Source: an uncultured Bacilli bacterium
GTDB lineage: Bacteria > Bacillota_I > Bacilli_A > RF39 > UBA660
Length of the DNA: 32,000 nt
Direction of reading: 5' to 3'
Assembly (NCBI GenBank): GCA_947631155.1
Contig: CANRKG010000003.1
Coordinates: forward strand, 1 to 32,000
Made by a program: the position numbers and the translations under genes. The notes beneath the pieces are model-generated. The model was given only the letters and a program-made list of their open reading frames with translations. It made no database searches and was not told the DNA's origin. This document shows, one piece after another, positions 16,873-24,664 of this stretch; the first letter of the stretch is position 1, and every line of letters starts with the position of its first letter.

Positions 16873-17023
16873 ATAATCAACTCCCATCTAAGAAGTAGTA
16901 TATCATAATTTTGATAAAATTCAAAAAAATGTAGAAATTTTGACACAAACAATATTTTTGATATTTACGAATAAAATGATAGGTGATATAGTAGAGCTTA
17001 TGCACTTGAAAGGAAGGAAAATT

Positions 17024-20000
17024 ATGAAAAAAATCACAGATTTTATAGTGAAAGGACGATATTTCTTTTTATCATTATTTATTATTTTAGCAGCAGTGGG
17101 TTTATATTTTTCAACCAAGGTTGATATCAATGAAGATATTATGAAATATTTACCAGCGACATCTGAAACCAAAATTGGTAAAGATATTATGGAAAAAGAA
17201 TTTATTGAACAAGATTCTTCTATATTGAATGTTATGTTTAAAGGACTCTCTAGTAATGAAAAAAAAGATATCCTAAAGAAATTAAAAAATATTAATGGAG
17301 TAAGTTCTGTTGATTATGCAGATACGAAGCAATATAATCAAAAGAATTATACTTTATATGTTTTGAATGTAGATGATTATGCACAATCACAAACTGCAAC
17401 AAATGTTTACAATGATGTTAAAAATCATTTTAAGACCGCAGGAATGAGTGGTTCAATTTATGATGAAAACAAACCTATATTACAATTGTGGATTGTTGTG
17501 CTTGCTATTACGTTTGCAATGATTATACTAATAATATTAAGTGAATCTTATGTTGAACCCTGGCTATATTTAATTTCAATTGGAATAGCAATCTTTATTA
17601 ATAAGGGTACTAATATTATGTTTGATAGCGTTTCTTCAATAACAAATTCTATTGTAGCTATTCTACAGTTGGCGTTATCTATGGATTATTCTATTATGTT
17701 ATCAAATAGATATAAACAGGAAAAAGAAAATCATTCTAATAAAATAGAAGCTATGAAAGAAGCTCTATATCAATCCTTTAAATCTATATCTAGTAGTTCT
17801 GTTACAACAATTGTAGGATTAATTGCTCTTGTATTTATGAGTTTTACAATTGGTAAAGATTTAGGTTTTGTTCTTGCTAAAGGGGTTTTATTAAGTCTTG
17901 TAAGTATATTTTTCTGTTTACCAGCTTTACTTTTAATTTTTGATGATTTAATAGCAAAAACTAAGAAAAAAGCTCCTAAATTTAATTTAACTAAATTAGG
18001 TAAATTCATCTATAAAACTAGATTTGTTCAGTCTGCATTATTATTAGTTCTATTTATAGCGGCTTATTTACTAAAAGGAAATATTGGTATTTTATATACT
18101 GGTTCTGAACAAGATAAAGTAGGTAAAGTTTTCCCAGCTACAAACCAAATAGCTATTGTATATAATAATAAATATGAAGATATAATTTCTAAATATTGTA
18201 AAGAATTAGAAAAAGATCAAAAAATAGATCAAGTATTGTGTTATTCTAATACAATCAATGAAAAATTAGCTTATGATGAGTTAAATAAGAAATTTAAAGA
18301 TTTAGGACAAAATGTAGAAATAGATGATTACTTAATTAAACTTATTTACTATAACTATTATAATCAAGATAAAAGTAATAAAATGACTTTAAATGAGTTT
18401 ATTTCATTTATTAAATCAGATATTTATACTAATAATAAGTTTAATAATTCTTTAAATCAGGAAACAAAAGATAATTTAGAGTTACTGGAAAACTTTACTT
18501 CTGCATCTTTAATAACTAAACCAAGAACTACTCAAGAAATTGCCCAAATTTTAGGTATGAATGAAGATGATGCTAAAAATATTTTAATTTACTATAACAG
18601 TAAAAATTTAAATACTACTATGACAATTAAAGAATTTGTAAATTTTATGCTTAATGATGTAGCTAATGATTCCAAATATTCAGCAAGATTAGATAAAAAA
18701 ACGATTTCTAAGTTAAAACAATTACAAAGTTTTACTGATTTTTCTAAAATAAATAAAAAAATGACTTCTTGGGAACTAGCTAATATTTTTGGTATAGATA
18801 AAGATTTAATAGAACAATTATTCTTATTTTATAGAACCACAATAGAAAGTAATACTAAATTGACATTAAATGAATTTTCTACCTTTGCTCTAGAAATGTC
18901 TAGTAATGCAGCTTATAAAAATATGTTTGATGATAAATCCATTCAAAAATTAACCATTTTACAAACCTTAAGTAATAATCAAACTATAAATGTTGAATTA
19001 GATAAGGATACTATGAAAAAGACCCTTGATAATTTAGGGATTAGTTTAGATGATGACTCTATAGCACTGTTATATTATTGCTATAAAGGATATTATTCAG
19101 AAACTTTATTAACTTTAAATGATTTTGCTAATACTGCCCAAGAAATTGCGAAAAATCCGACTTATCAATCTTATTTTAGTGATCCTAAGATGCAAAAACT
19201 TTTAACGAATATTCCAAAATTAACTACTTATTATAAAACATCATTACCAAAATCATTGTTATATTCAATGTTTGAGATAGATCCAACAGTACAACCATTA
19301 TTAGATAAATATATTCTTGATGATTATTTGACTCCTGAAGATTTTGTAAATAAAGTATTAGATATAATATCATCCAATGAAGAATTATCTGATATAATAG
19401 CAGAGTTAAAAGTTGCTCAATATATCATGGCTAATGCTACTACACAATATAATATGAGTAACTTATCAGACGCTTTATCAGGATTAAATCCCAATATAAG
19501 TAAAAGCGTTATAAGTATCATTTATGGATATCATGATGCTAGTGATTTAACTAACGTAAAGATATCAATTAAAAATTTAATTAATTTTCTATATGAAAAT
19601 AAATCTGATCCATTATTAGCACAATATTTAAATGGAAAAGCAGATATATTAAATTTAGCATCTGTAGTAGTAAATACTACTAATATGCCTTATAGTTATA
19701 AAGAGATAAGTCAATTAACAGGAACTGATATATCAACAGTAAATATGATATTTGGTGCTTATGATTACTATCATCAACAAACCACATTAACACCTTTAGA
19801 ATTTGTAAACTTAATATTGAATAATAAAGAAAATGAATTGTTAAAAGGAAAATTATCTATCTCATCAGTCAGTGAATTGTCTTTGGTAAATGAAGTTATG
19901 AATTCGACTATAAATCAAAAAAAATATACATCTTCACAATTAAGTTCACTACTAGGTATTGATAATGATATAATGAAATTATTATTTAGTTTATATAATT

Positions 20001-21103
20001 CCAAATATATTCAATCTAATCAAGCTATTTCATTATCTAATTATGTAGATTTTATTGTTAAAGATGTTATGAATAATAAGGAATATGCTGCAAGTTTTGA
20101 TGAGGCAAAGAGGCTAAAATTAACGACAATTAGTTCTTTGATGGAAAACTCTATGAGAGAAGTTAAATATACATCAACAGAGGCTTTTGGAATCTTAAGT
20201 ATTTTAAGTAATAACTTAGATAAATCTTTATTAGATTTAGTTTATATGTATTATGGTAGTAATAAAGAATATAATGAATCATGGAAAATGACTATTGAAG
20301 AAGTTGTAAATTATTTAAATTCAGATATTATAACTGATAATAGATTTGATGACTTTATAAGTAATAAAAAAAGAGCAACTATAAGGAGTGCTAAAAAAAC
20401 AGTTGATAAATCTAAAAAATTGATTGTTTCAGATAAGTATTCAAGAGTGGTTCTTAATACAAAATATGCTTTTGAAGATAAAGATACCTATAAGTTTGTA
20501 AATAGAATAAAAAATAAAGTTGACAAAAATGATGATGTTTATGTAGTAGGAAATTCTCCTATGGCAGTTGAAATGAGTAAAACATTTAATAACGAATTAA
20601 ATAAAATTACTATATTAACAATGATTTTTATATTTATTGTAGTGGCAATAACATTTAAAGATTTAATTATTCCATTTGTTTTAGTGTTGATTATCCAAAC
20701 AGCTGTGTATATTACTATGAGTGCTATTTCATTAACAGGTGGTTCAGTATATTTTATATCTTTATTGATTGTTCAGGCAATACTTATGGGAGCAACCATA
20801 GATTATGCCATCGTCTATACATCTTACTATCGAGAATCTCGATTAACAATGGGGATTAAAGACTCTATAATTAATGCATATAATAGGTCTATTCATACTA
20901 TTATTAGTTCTTCAACGATTTTAATTATTGTTACATTAGTAGTAGCAAATTTTGCCTCAGCAATTGCTGCTAAAATATGTGAAACTATTTCACAAGGTAC
21001 ATTTGCAGCAGTAGTATTAATATTATTTTTATTACCTGGTGTATTAGCTACTACAGATAAATTAATTTGTCGAAAGGGTTATTATAAAGAAACTAAAAAG
21101 TAA
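17024..21103 (+). CDS. MMPL/RND-superfamily membrane transporter with a giant repeat-containing extracytoplasmic loop (1359 aa)
   Basis: There are two TM bundles with MMPL hallmarks (SMDYSIMLSNRYKQEKE; GATIDYAIVYTSYYRESR). The N-terminal TM is followed by ...YLPATSETKIGKD. I prefer the ATG at 17024 (AAGGAAGG RBS) over 16940. Confidence 0.8.
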   Translation: MKKITDFIVKGRYFFLSLFIILAAVGLYFSTKVDINEDIMKYLPATSETKIGKDIMEKEFIEQDSSILNVMFKGLSSNEKKDILKKLKNINGVSSVDYADTKQYNQKNYTLYVLNVDDYAQSQTATNVYNDVKNHFKTAGMSGSIYDENKPILQLWIVVLAITFAMIILIILSESYVEPWLYLISIGIAIFINKGTNIMFDSVSSITNSIVAILQLALSMDYSIMLSNRYKQEKENHSNKIEAMKEALYQSFKSISSSSVTTIVGLIALVFMSFTIGKDLGFVLAKGVLLSLVSIFFCLPALLLIFDDLIAKTKKKAPKFNLTKLGKFIYKTRFVQSALLLVLFIAAYLLKGNIGILYTGSEQDKVGKVFPATNQIAIVYNNKYEDIISKYCKELEKDQKIDQVLCYSNTINEKLAYDELNKKFKDLGQNVEIDDYLIKLIYYNYYNQDKSNKMTLNEFISFIKSDIYTNNKFNNSLNQETKDNLELLENFTSASLITKPRTTQEIAQILGMNEDDAKNILIYYNSKNLNTTMTIKEFVNFMLNDVANDSKYSARLDKKTISKLKQLQSFTDFSKINKKMTSWELANIFGIDKDLIEQLFLFYRTTIESNTKLTLNEFSTFALEMSSNAAYKNMFDDKSIQKLTILQTLSNNQTINVELDKDTMKKTLDNLGISLDDDSIALLYYCYKGYYSETLLTLNDFANTAQEIAKNPTYQSYFSDPKMQKLLTNIPKLTTYYKTSLPKSLLYSMFEIDPTVQPLLDKYILDDYLTPEDFVNKVLDIISSNEELSDIIAELKVAQYIMANATTQYNMSNLSDALSGLNPNISKSVISIIYGYHDASDLTNVKISIKNLINFLYENKSDPLLAQYLNGKADILNLASVVVNTTNMPYSYKEISQLTGTDISTVNMIFGAYDYYHQQTTLTPLEFVNLILNNKENELLKGKLSISSVSELSLVNEVMNSTINQKKYTSSQLSSLLGIDNDIMKLLFSLYNSKYIQSNQAISLSNYVDFIVKDVMNNKEYAASFDEAKRLKLTTISSLMENSMREVKYTSTEAFGILSILSNNLDKSLLDLVYMYYGSNKEYNESWKMTIEEVVNYLNSDIITDNRFDDFISNKKRATIRSAKKTVDKSKKLIVSDKYSRVVLNTKYAFEDKDTYKFVNRIKNKVDKNDDVYVVGNSPMAVEMSKTFNNELNKITILTMIFIFIVVAITFKDLIIPFVLVLIIQTAVYITMSAISLTGGSVYFISLLIVQAILMGATIDYAIVYTSYYRESRLTMGIKDSIINAYNRSIHTIISSSTILIIVTLVVANFASAIAAKICETISQGTFAAVVLILFLLPGVLATTDKLICRKGYYKETKK
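18383..20420 (+). repeat. About nine tandem divergent ~73-87-aa repeats encoded within the MMPL gene
   Basis: Repeat starts are read in frame at 18383, 18620, 18860, 19109, 19328, 19562, 19787, 20027 and 20288. Each opens with [ML]T[LI].EF..F........ and closes with ....LG[IM]....[IL]..L[FY].[YL]Y. Confidence 0.75.
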
Positions 21104-21126
21104 ATATTGAAAAAAAGATTTATAGA

Positions 21127-21154
21127 ATACACTTCCATCTGGAAGTGTATTTTT
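21127..21154 (+). terminator. Intrinsic terminator after the MMPL gene
   Basis: ATACACTTCC / ATCT / GGAAGTGTAT forms a perfect 10-bp stem followed by TTTT. Confidence 0.8.
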
Positions 21155-21236
21155 AGATTAACTTTATATATGTGGATTAAATAGAAAATATATTAATAAA
21201 TTTATTAAAAAGGGGAGTTATTATCATTACACTATC

Positions 21237-21833
21237 TTCGAATAGTGTAACAAAGTCTCCTTGACCACCAATAAATGCACCACTCATAGCGGCAAATGCT
21301 ACTGATGTATCAATATTAACATCTGTTTTAGGATTAATTCCATTTTGTCTTAAGGCATATTCAAATGTCATTTCTGGCATTCCACCAGCTCTACCTCCAA
21401 TGATAGTTTTACCTTTTAAATCATCTAAGGTGAAATTTTCTATTTTTTCTCTGGATACTAAGAATGTACCATCTTTTTGTGTAAGTTGAGCAAAAGTTTT
21501 AAGATAATCTTTTTCGCCACCATTATAGACATAAATAGTTGCTTCACTTCCACAGAAACCAATATCAGCATCACCAGATAAGACAGCAGCAGTAACTTTA
21601 TCAGCCCCTGAAGTAAGAATTAAATTAATATCAATGCCATATTCTTCAAAATAACCTTTTTCAATAGCTACATACTGTGGTGCATAAAAAATGGTATGCG
21701 CTACTTCGGCTAAGGTTACTTTTTCTAAATTTGTAGATTTAGAGTCTTGTGCTTTATTGAAGTCAAATAGAACTAAAAATGCTAGAGATAAGATAATAAC
21801 CCCACTGATTAAATAAATAATAATTTTTTTCAT
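21237..21833 (-). pseudogene. ABC substrate-binding protein (NMT1/THI5-SsuA-like), N-terminal fragment
   Basis: It has a signal/anchor peptide MKKIIIYLISGVIILSLAF, then HTIFYAPQYVAIEKGYF...GGRAGGMPEMTFEYAL...GGQGDFVTLFE. After this the ORF runs into element DNA (DSVMIITPLF...). The ATG at 21833 follows an AGGAG RBS; the track start at 21848 is a TTG inside the RBS. Confidence 0.8.
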
Positions 21834-22034
21834 ATTCTCTCCTTTCAATCAAAGTATTATATGTTTATTTAGTAGAGGGTGTTAATCAATTTTACTATTA
21901 AAAATAAAAATAATTAGTTAACTTTTTTAATAAAATATCTATAAATAGACATTTTTTTTGAATATTTTATTGCAATTATTTCAAAAAAATATATAATAGA
22001 AAGACATATGGATATATTTGTTTAAAAATGAGAC

Positions 22035-22063
22035 TTGCAAAAATTATAAATCTGTGTTATAAT
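22035..22063 (+). promoter_or_regulatory. Sigma-A promoter with extended -10 for the adhesin-sortase operon
   Basis: TTGCAA (22035..22040), a 17-nt spacer, then TGTTATAAT (the -10 is at 22058..22063). The GGAGGGGG RBS lies ahead of the ATG at 22093. Confidence 0.6.
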
Positions 22064-22092
22064 ATAGCCACAAATTTGGAGGGGGAAATTTT

Positions 22093-24006
22093 ATGAAAAA
22101 AAAGTTTTCAAAAATAAGTAAAATCATTTCATCTATTGTTTTAGCAGCAGTAGTTATATTTAGTAACTTACAAAATGTAGATGCAGCATCAAAAACTGTA
22201 TCTATTGGAACGGCAACATGGTTGCCAGGATATGTAGCTGGAGTTAAATTCCACATTAAACCATTAAATGGTGGTGGATATGCTTATTGTTTAAATTTAC
22301 ATAAAGCAACAGCTTCAAACATCACAGAGTATTTACAAGGAGAGATGAATGCAGGGGTAGCCTATATACTAGAAAATGGATATCCTCATAAATCATTTAC
22401 AGGAACTAAAAAGAAAGACATTTATATTACTCAAGCAGCAGTATGGTGGTATTTAGATGATACTACAGGATCTTCAAACTTATCTAAAGCTTTTAGATCT
22501 ACTGGTAAAGATAACAATGGTTTGAGAAAATATATTAAACAATTAGTTAGTGATGCAAAAACTGCTAAAAATAAAGGGTATGCAAATCCTTCATTAAAAG
22601 CATCAGTTAGTAATAATAAAACGTCATTAACTTCTGATGGACAATGGTATGTTTCTAATGCTATTGATGCTAATGCAAAAAATATTGACGGTAAATATAA
22701 AGTTTCTATTGTTGATGCTCCAAGTGGTACAGTAATCGTTGATGTTCATGGTAAAGCTCAATCATCATTTACAGCTAGTGAGAAATTTAAAATTGGTATT
22801 CCAGTTAGTAGTATAAAAGAAGGAAAAACTGTAACTGCTAAGGTAAAAATAACAGCTTCTGGTTCAGTTAAGAAAGCTTATAAATATGAACCTAAAGATA
22901 GTAGTGTTCAACCAATTGTAGTATTGCAAAAAGAAGATAAATCATTATCTGATACTGTCAGTGTAAAAGCTACTAGACCAAAAACACCAGAGCCAGCACC
23001 AGTAGCAGAACCTGCACCAACGCCAGAACCAACACCAACGCCAGAACCAACACCTGCAGTTGTTAAAATTTTAAAATTAGATAAAGATACAAATACAGCA
23101 GTATCTGGAGCAGTTTTAGTAGTAAAAAATGCTAGCGGAGCTGAAGTAGCAAGATTTACTTCAAGTTCAGAAGTTTATCAAATTAATAATCTTGCTAATG
23201 GAACATATACAGTAGAAGAAGTACAAGCACCAAATGGATATGAATTAAGCACTGAAAAACAATCATTTACTATTACAGATACAGTTAGAAGTGCAGAAGT
23301 TAAATTTTACAATAAAGCTAAAGCATCAGTTGTTTCAATTGTTAAATTAGATAAAAATACAAATAATCCAATTGCTGGAGCAACTTTAGTTATTAAAGAT
23401 GCTAATGGTAACGAGATTAAGAAATTTACTTCTTCTGTCAATGGAAATACAATAACAGGACTTTCTAATGGAACATATACAGTAGAAGAAGTACAAGCAC
23501 CAAATGGATATGAACTAAGTACAGAAAAAGAAACCTTTACTTTAAGTGATACTACAAAAACAGTTCAAGTTAAATTCTATAATGTACCAAAAGATAGAGT
23601 GGTAACTATTATGAAAGTTGATAGTGCTACTGGGTATCCTTTAGCTAATGCTGTTATAGTAGTAACTAATGAGAAAGGTGAAGAAGTAGCAAGATTTACA
23701 ACAACTAATGAAGCATATGTTCTAAAAGATTTAGCTGATGGAACATATACAGTAAAAGAAGTAGAAGCACCAAATGGTTATTTCTTAAATGAAGATAGTC
23801 AAACTTTCACTATTGATAATGAACATTTATCATATCAAATTACTATTAAAGATGTACCTAAAACATGTGAAAATGGTGGTTTAGATGGTGATGAATGTTA
23901 TGTAGAAGTTCCAAATACAGGATCTAATAATACTTTATTCTATTTATTAGGTATAGCTATTATGATTTCTGGTGTAGGATATGTTTATAAACATAACCGA
24001 GGATAA
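22093..24006 (+). CDS. Cell-wall-anchored thioester-domain (TQxA) adhesin with three CnaB/SpaA-like repeats
   Basis: It has a signal peptide (..NLQNVDA/AS), YAYCLN (Cys66, 22288..22290), ILENGYP and YITQAAVWWY (Gln114, 22432..22434). A Pro-rich linker PKTPEPAPVAEPAPTPEPTPTPEPTPA is followed by 3 x ~89-aa repeats (K.LK.D ... GTYTV.EV.APNGY ... VKFYN). The sorting signal VPNTG (23908..23922) is followed by a hydrophobic helix and KHNRG. Confidence 0.8.
   Translation: MKKKFSKISKIISSIVLAAVVIFSNLQNVDAASKTVSIGTATWLPGYVAGVKFHIKPLNGGGYAYCLNLHKATASNITEYLQGEMNAGVAYILENGYPHKSFTGTKKKDIYITQAAVWWYLDDTTGSSNLSKAFRSTGKDNNGLRKYIKQLVSDAKTAKNKGYANPSLKASVSNNKTSLTSDGQWYVSNAIDANAKNIDGKYKVSIVDAPSGTVIVDVHGKAQSSFTASEKFKIGIPVSSIKEGKTVTAKVKITASGSVKKAYKYEPKDSSVQPIVVLQKEDKSLSDTVSVKATRPKTPEPAPVAEPAPTPEPTPTPEPTPAVVKILKLDKDTNTAVSGAVLVVKNASGAEVARFTSSSEVYQINNLANGTYTVEEVQAPNGYELSTEKQSFTITDTVRSAEVKFYNKAKASVVSIVKLDKNTNNPIAGATLVIKDANGNEIKKFTSSVNGNTITGLSNGTYTVEEVQAPNGYELSTEKETFTLSDTTKTVQVKFYNVPKDRVVTIMKVDSATGYPLANAVIVVTNEKGEEVARFTTTNEAYVLKDLADGTYTVKEVEAPNGYFLNEDSQTFTIDNEHLSYQITIKDVPKTCENGGLDGDECYVEVPNTGSNNTLFYLLGIAIMISGVGYVYKHNRG
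23056..23859 (+). repeat. Three tandem ~267-nt CnaB-like domain repeats
   Basis: Repeat units run approximately 23056..23322, 23323..23589 and 23590..23859. A 50-nt stretch, CTAATGGAACATATACAGTAGAAGAAGTACAAGCACCAAATGGATATGAA, is identical at 23195..23244 and 23465..23514. Confidence 0.85.
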
Positions 24007-24643
24007 TAAAAAAAAGAAAAAAAGAATCTCACCTAGTTTAGTAGCTTGTATAGGTACTATTATAATAATAATAGGTGGATTCTTTCTTTCATATAACTAT
24101 ATTATGTCTAAAAAAGTCATGGTATATGAGTATATGAATAATGTATTTTACAGCAAGAATGAAGAAAATTCACCACAAGTAGAAGAAGAAAATATTCATA
24201 ATAGTGATCAAGGTATTCCAGAAGAAAGTATGGATCCAAATCAATATATTGGTTATTTGGAAATTCCAAAACTTAATTTTTCTAAAGGATTTTATCCAAA
24301 ACATTCTAGTCTCAATGATGTTGATAAAAATCTTTTAGTGGTAAATGAGTCTGACTATCCAAATGTTTCTAAAGGAAATTTAATAATTGCTGGTCACTCT
24401 GGAAATGCTTGGAATTCTTTCTTCGATGATTTATATAAGCTTTCTGTAGGTGATCAATTAAAAGTAAAATATAATAATAAAACTTATAATTATAAAATTG
24501 TCAATATCTATAAAGCAGATAAAACCGGACATATTGCAATTTATAGAAATCAAAATAGAACAACTCTAACATTAGTTACATGTACTAATAATGATAATAA
24601 AACACAAACTATTTATATTTCTGAGTTAGATTCTATTGAATAA
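23981..24643 (+). CDS. Sortase-family transpeptidase (class unresolved)
   Basis: It has a Lys-rich N-terminus plus a TM anchor, YIGYLEIPKL, the catalytic-type IIAGHSG (His139) and TLTLVTC (Cys201, 24581..24583). Its start overlaps the last 26 nt of the adhesin gene. Confidence 0.75.
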   Translation: MFINITEDNKKKKKRISPSLVACIGTIIIIIGGFFLSYNYIMSKKVMVYEYMNNVFYSKNEENSPQVEEENIHNSDQGIPEESMDPNQYIGYLEIPKLNFSKGFYPKHSSLNDVDKNLLVVNESDYPNVSKGNLIIAGHSGNAWNSFFDDLYKLSVGDQLKVKYNNKTYNYKIVNIYKADKTGHIAIYRNQNRTTLTLVTCTNNDNKTQTIYISELDSIE

Positions 24644-24664
24644 AAATTAAAAAGGGGGTTGAAG

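Larger units (their letters stand above)
11117..21236 (+). mobile_element. Composite ~10.1-kb insertion 2 (serine-recombinase element with metabolic and efflux cargo)
   Basis: It splits the SBP gene between ...GDFVTLFE and PNATEVEQQ. A 3-nt TTC is shared at both junctions (11114..11116 and 21237..21239). The ends show weak dyad symmetry (TAATG..AATAA arms). The insertion contains an intact large serine recombinase. Confidence 0.65.

Noticed and set aside
16940-17023. A 28-codon N-terminal extension of the MMPL ORF (track start 16940), and similar upstream track starts at 8650, 12083, 16887, 21848, 24659 and 28215.
   Set aside because: In each case a downstream in-frame ATG has a properly spaced Shine-Dalgarno sequence. 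The upstream start either lies inside that RBS or in the divergent promoter region, or it overlaps the previous gene.
16873-17023. A TetR operator in the divergent TetR/MMPL intergenic region (for example AATTTTGATAAAATT).
   Set aside because: Only short, AT-only palindromes with 6-bp arms are present. These are expected by chance at this base composition, so no operator can be assigned confidently.
21834-22034. A possible TPP or other riboswitch upstream of the NMT1/THI5-like SBP gene.
   Set aside because: I read the minus-strand leader and saw no thi-box-like conserved core (no CUGAGA / ACCUGAUCUGGAUAAUGCC-type segments) and no GC-rich structured region. It looks like plain AT-rich promoter DNA.
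24008-24023. A8-G-A7 homopolymer tracts at the 5' end of the sortase gene, considered as a slipped-strand phase-variation switch.
   Set aside because: The tracts encode the Lys-rich cytoplasmic anchor (KKKKKR) that is normal for sortases. A7-8 runs are common in DNA this AT-rich. A single sequence gives no evidence of length variation.
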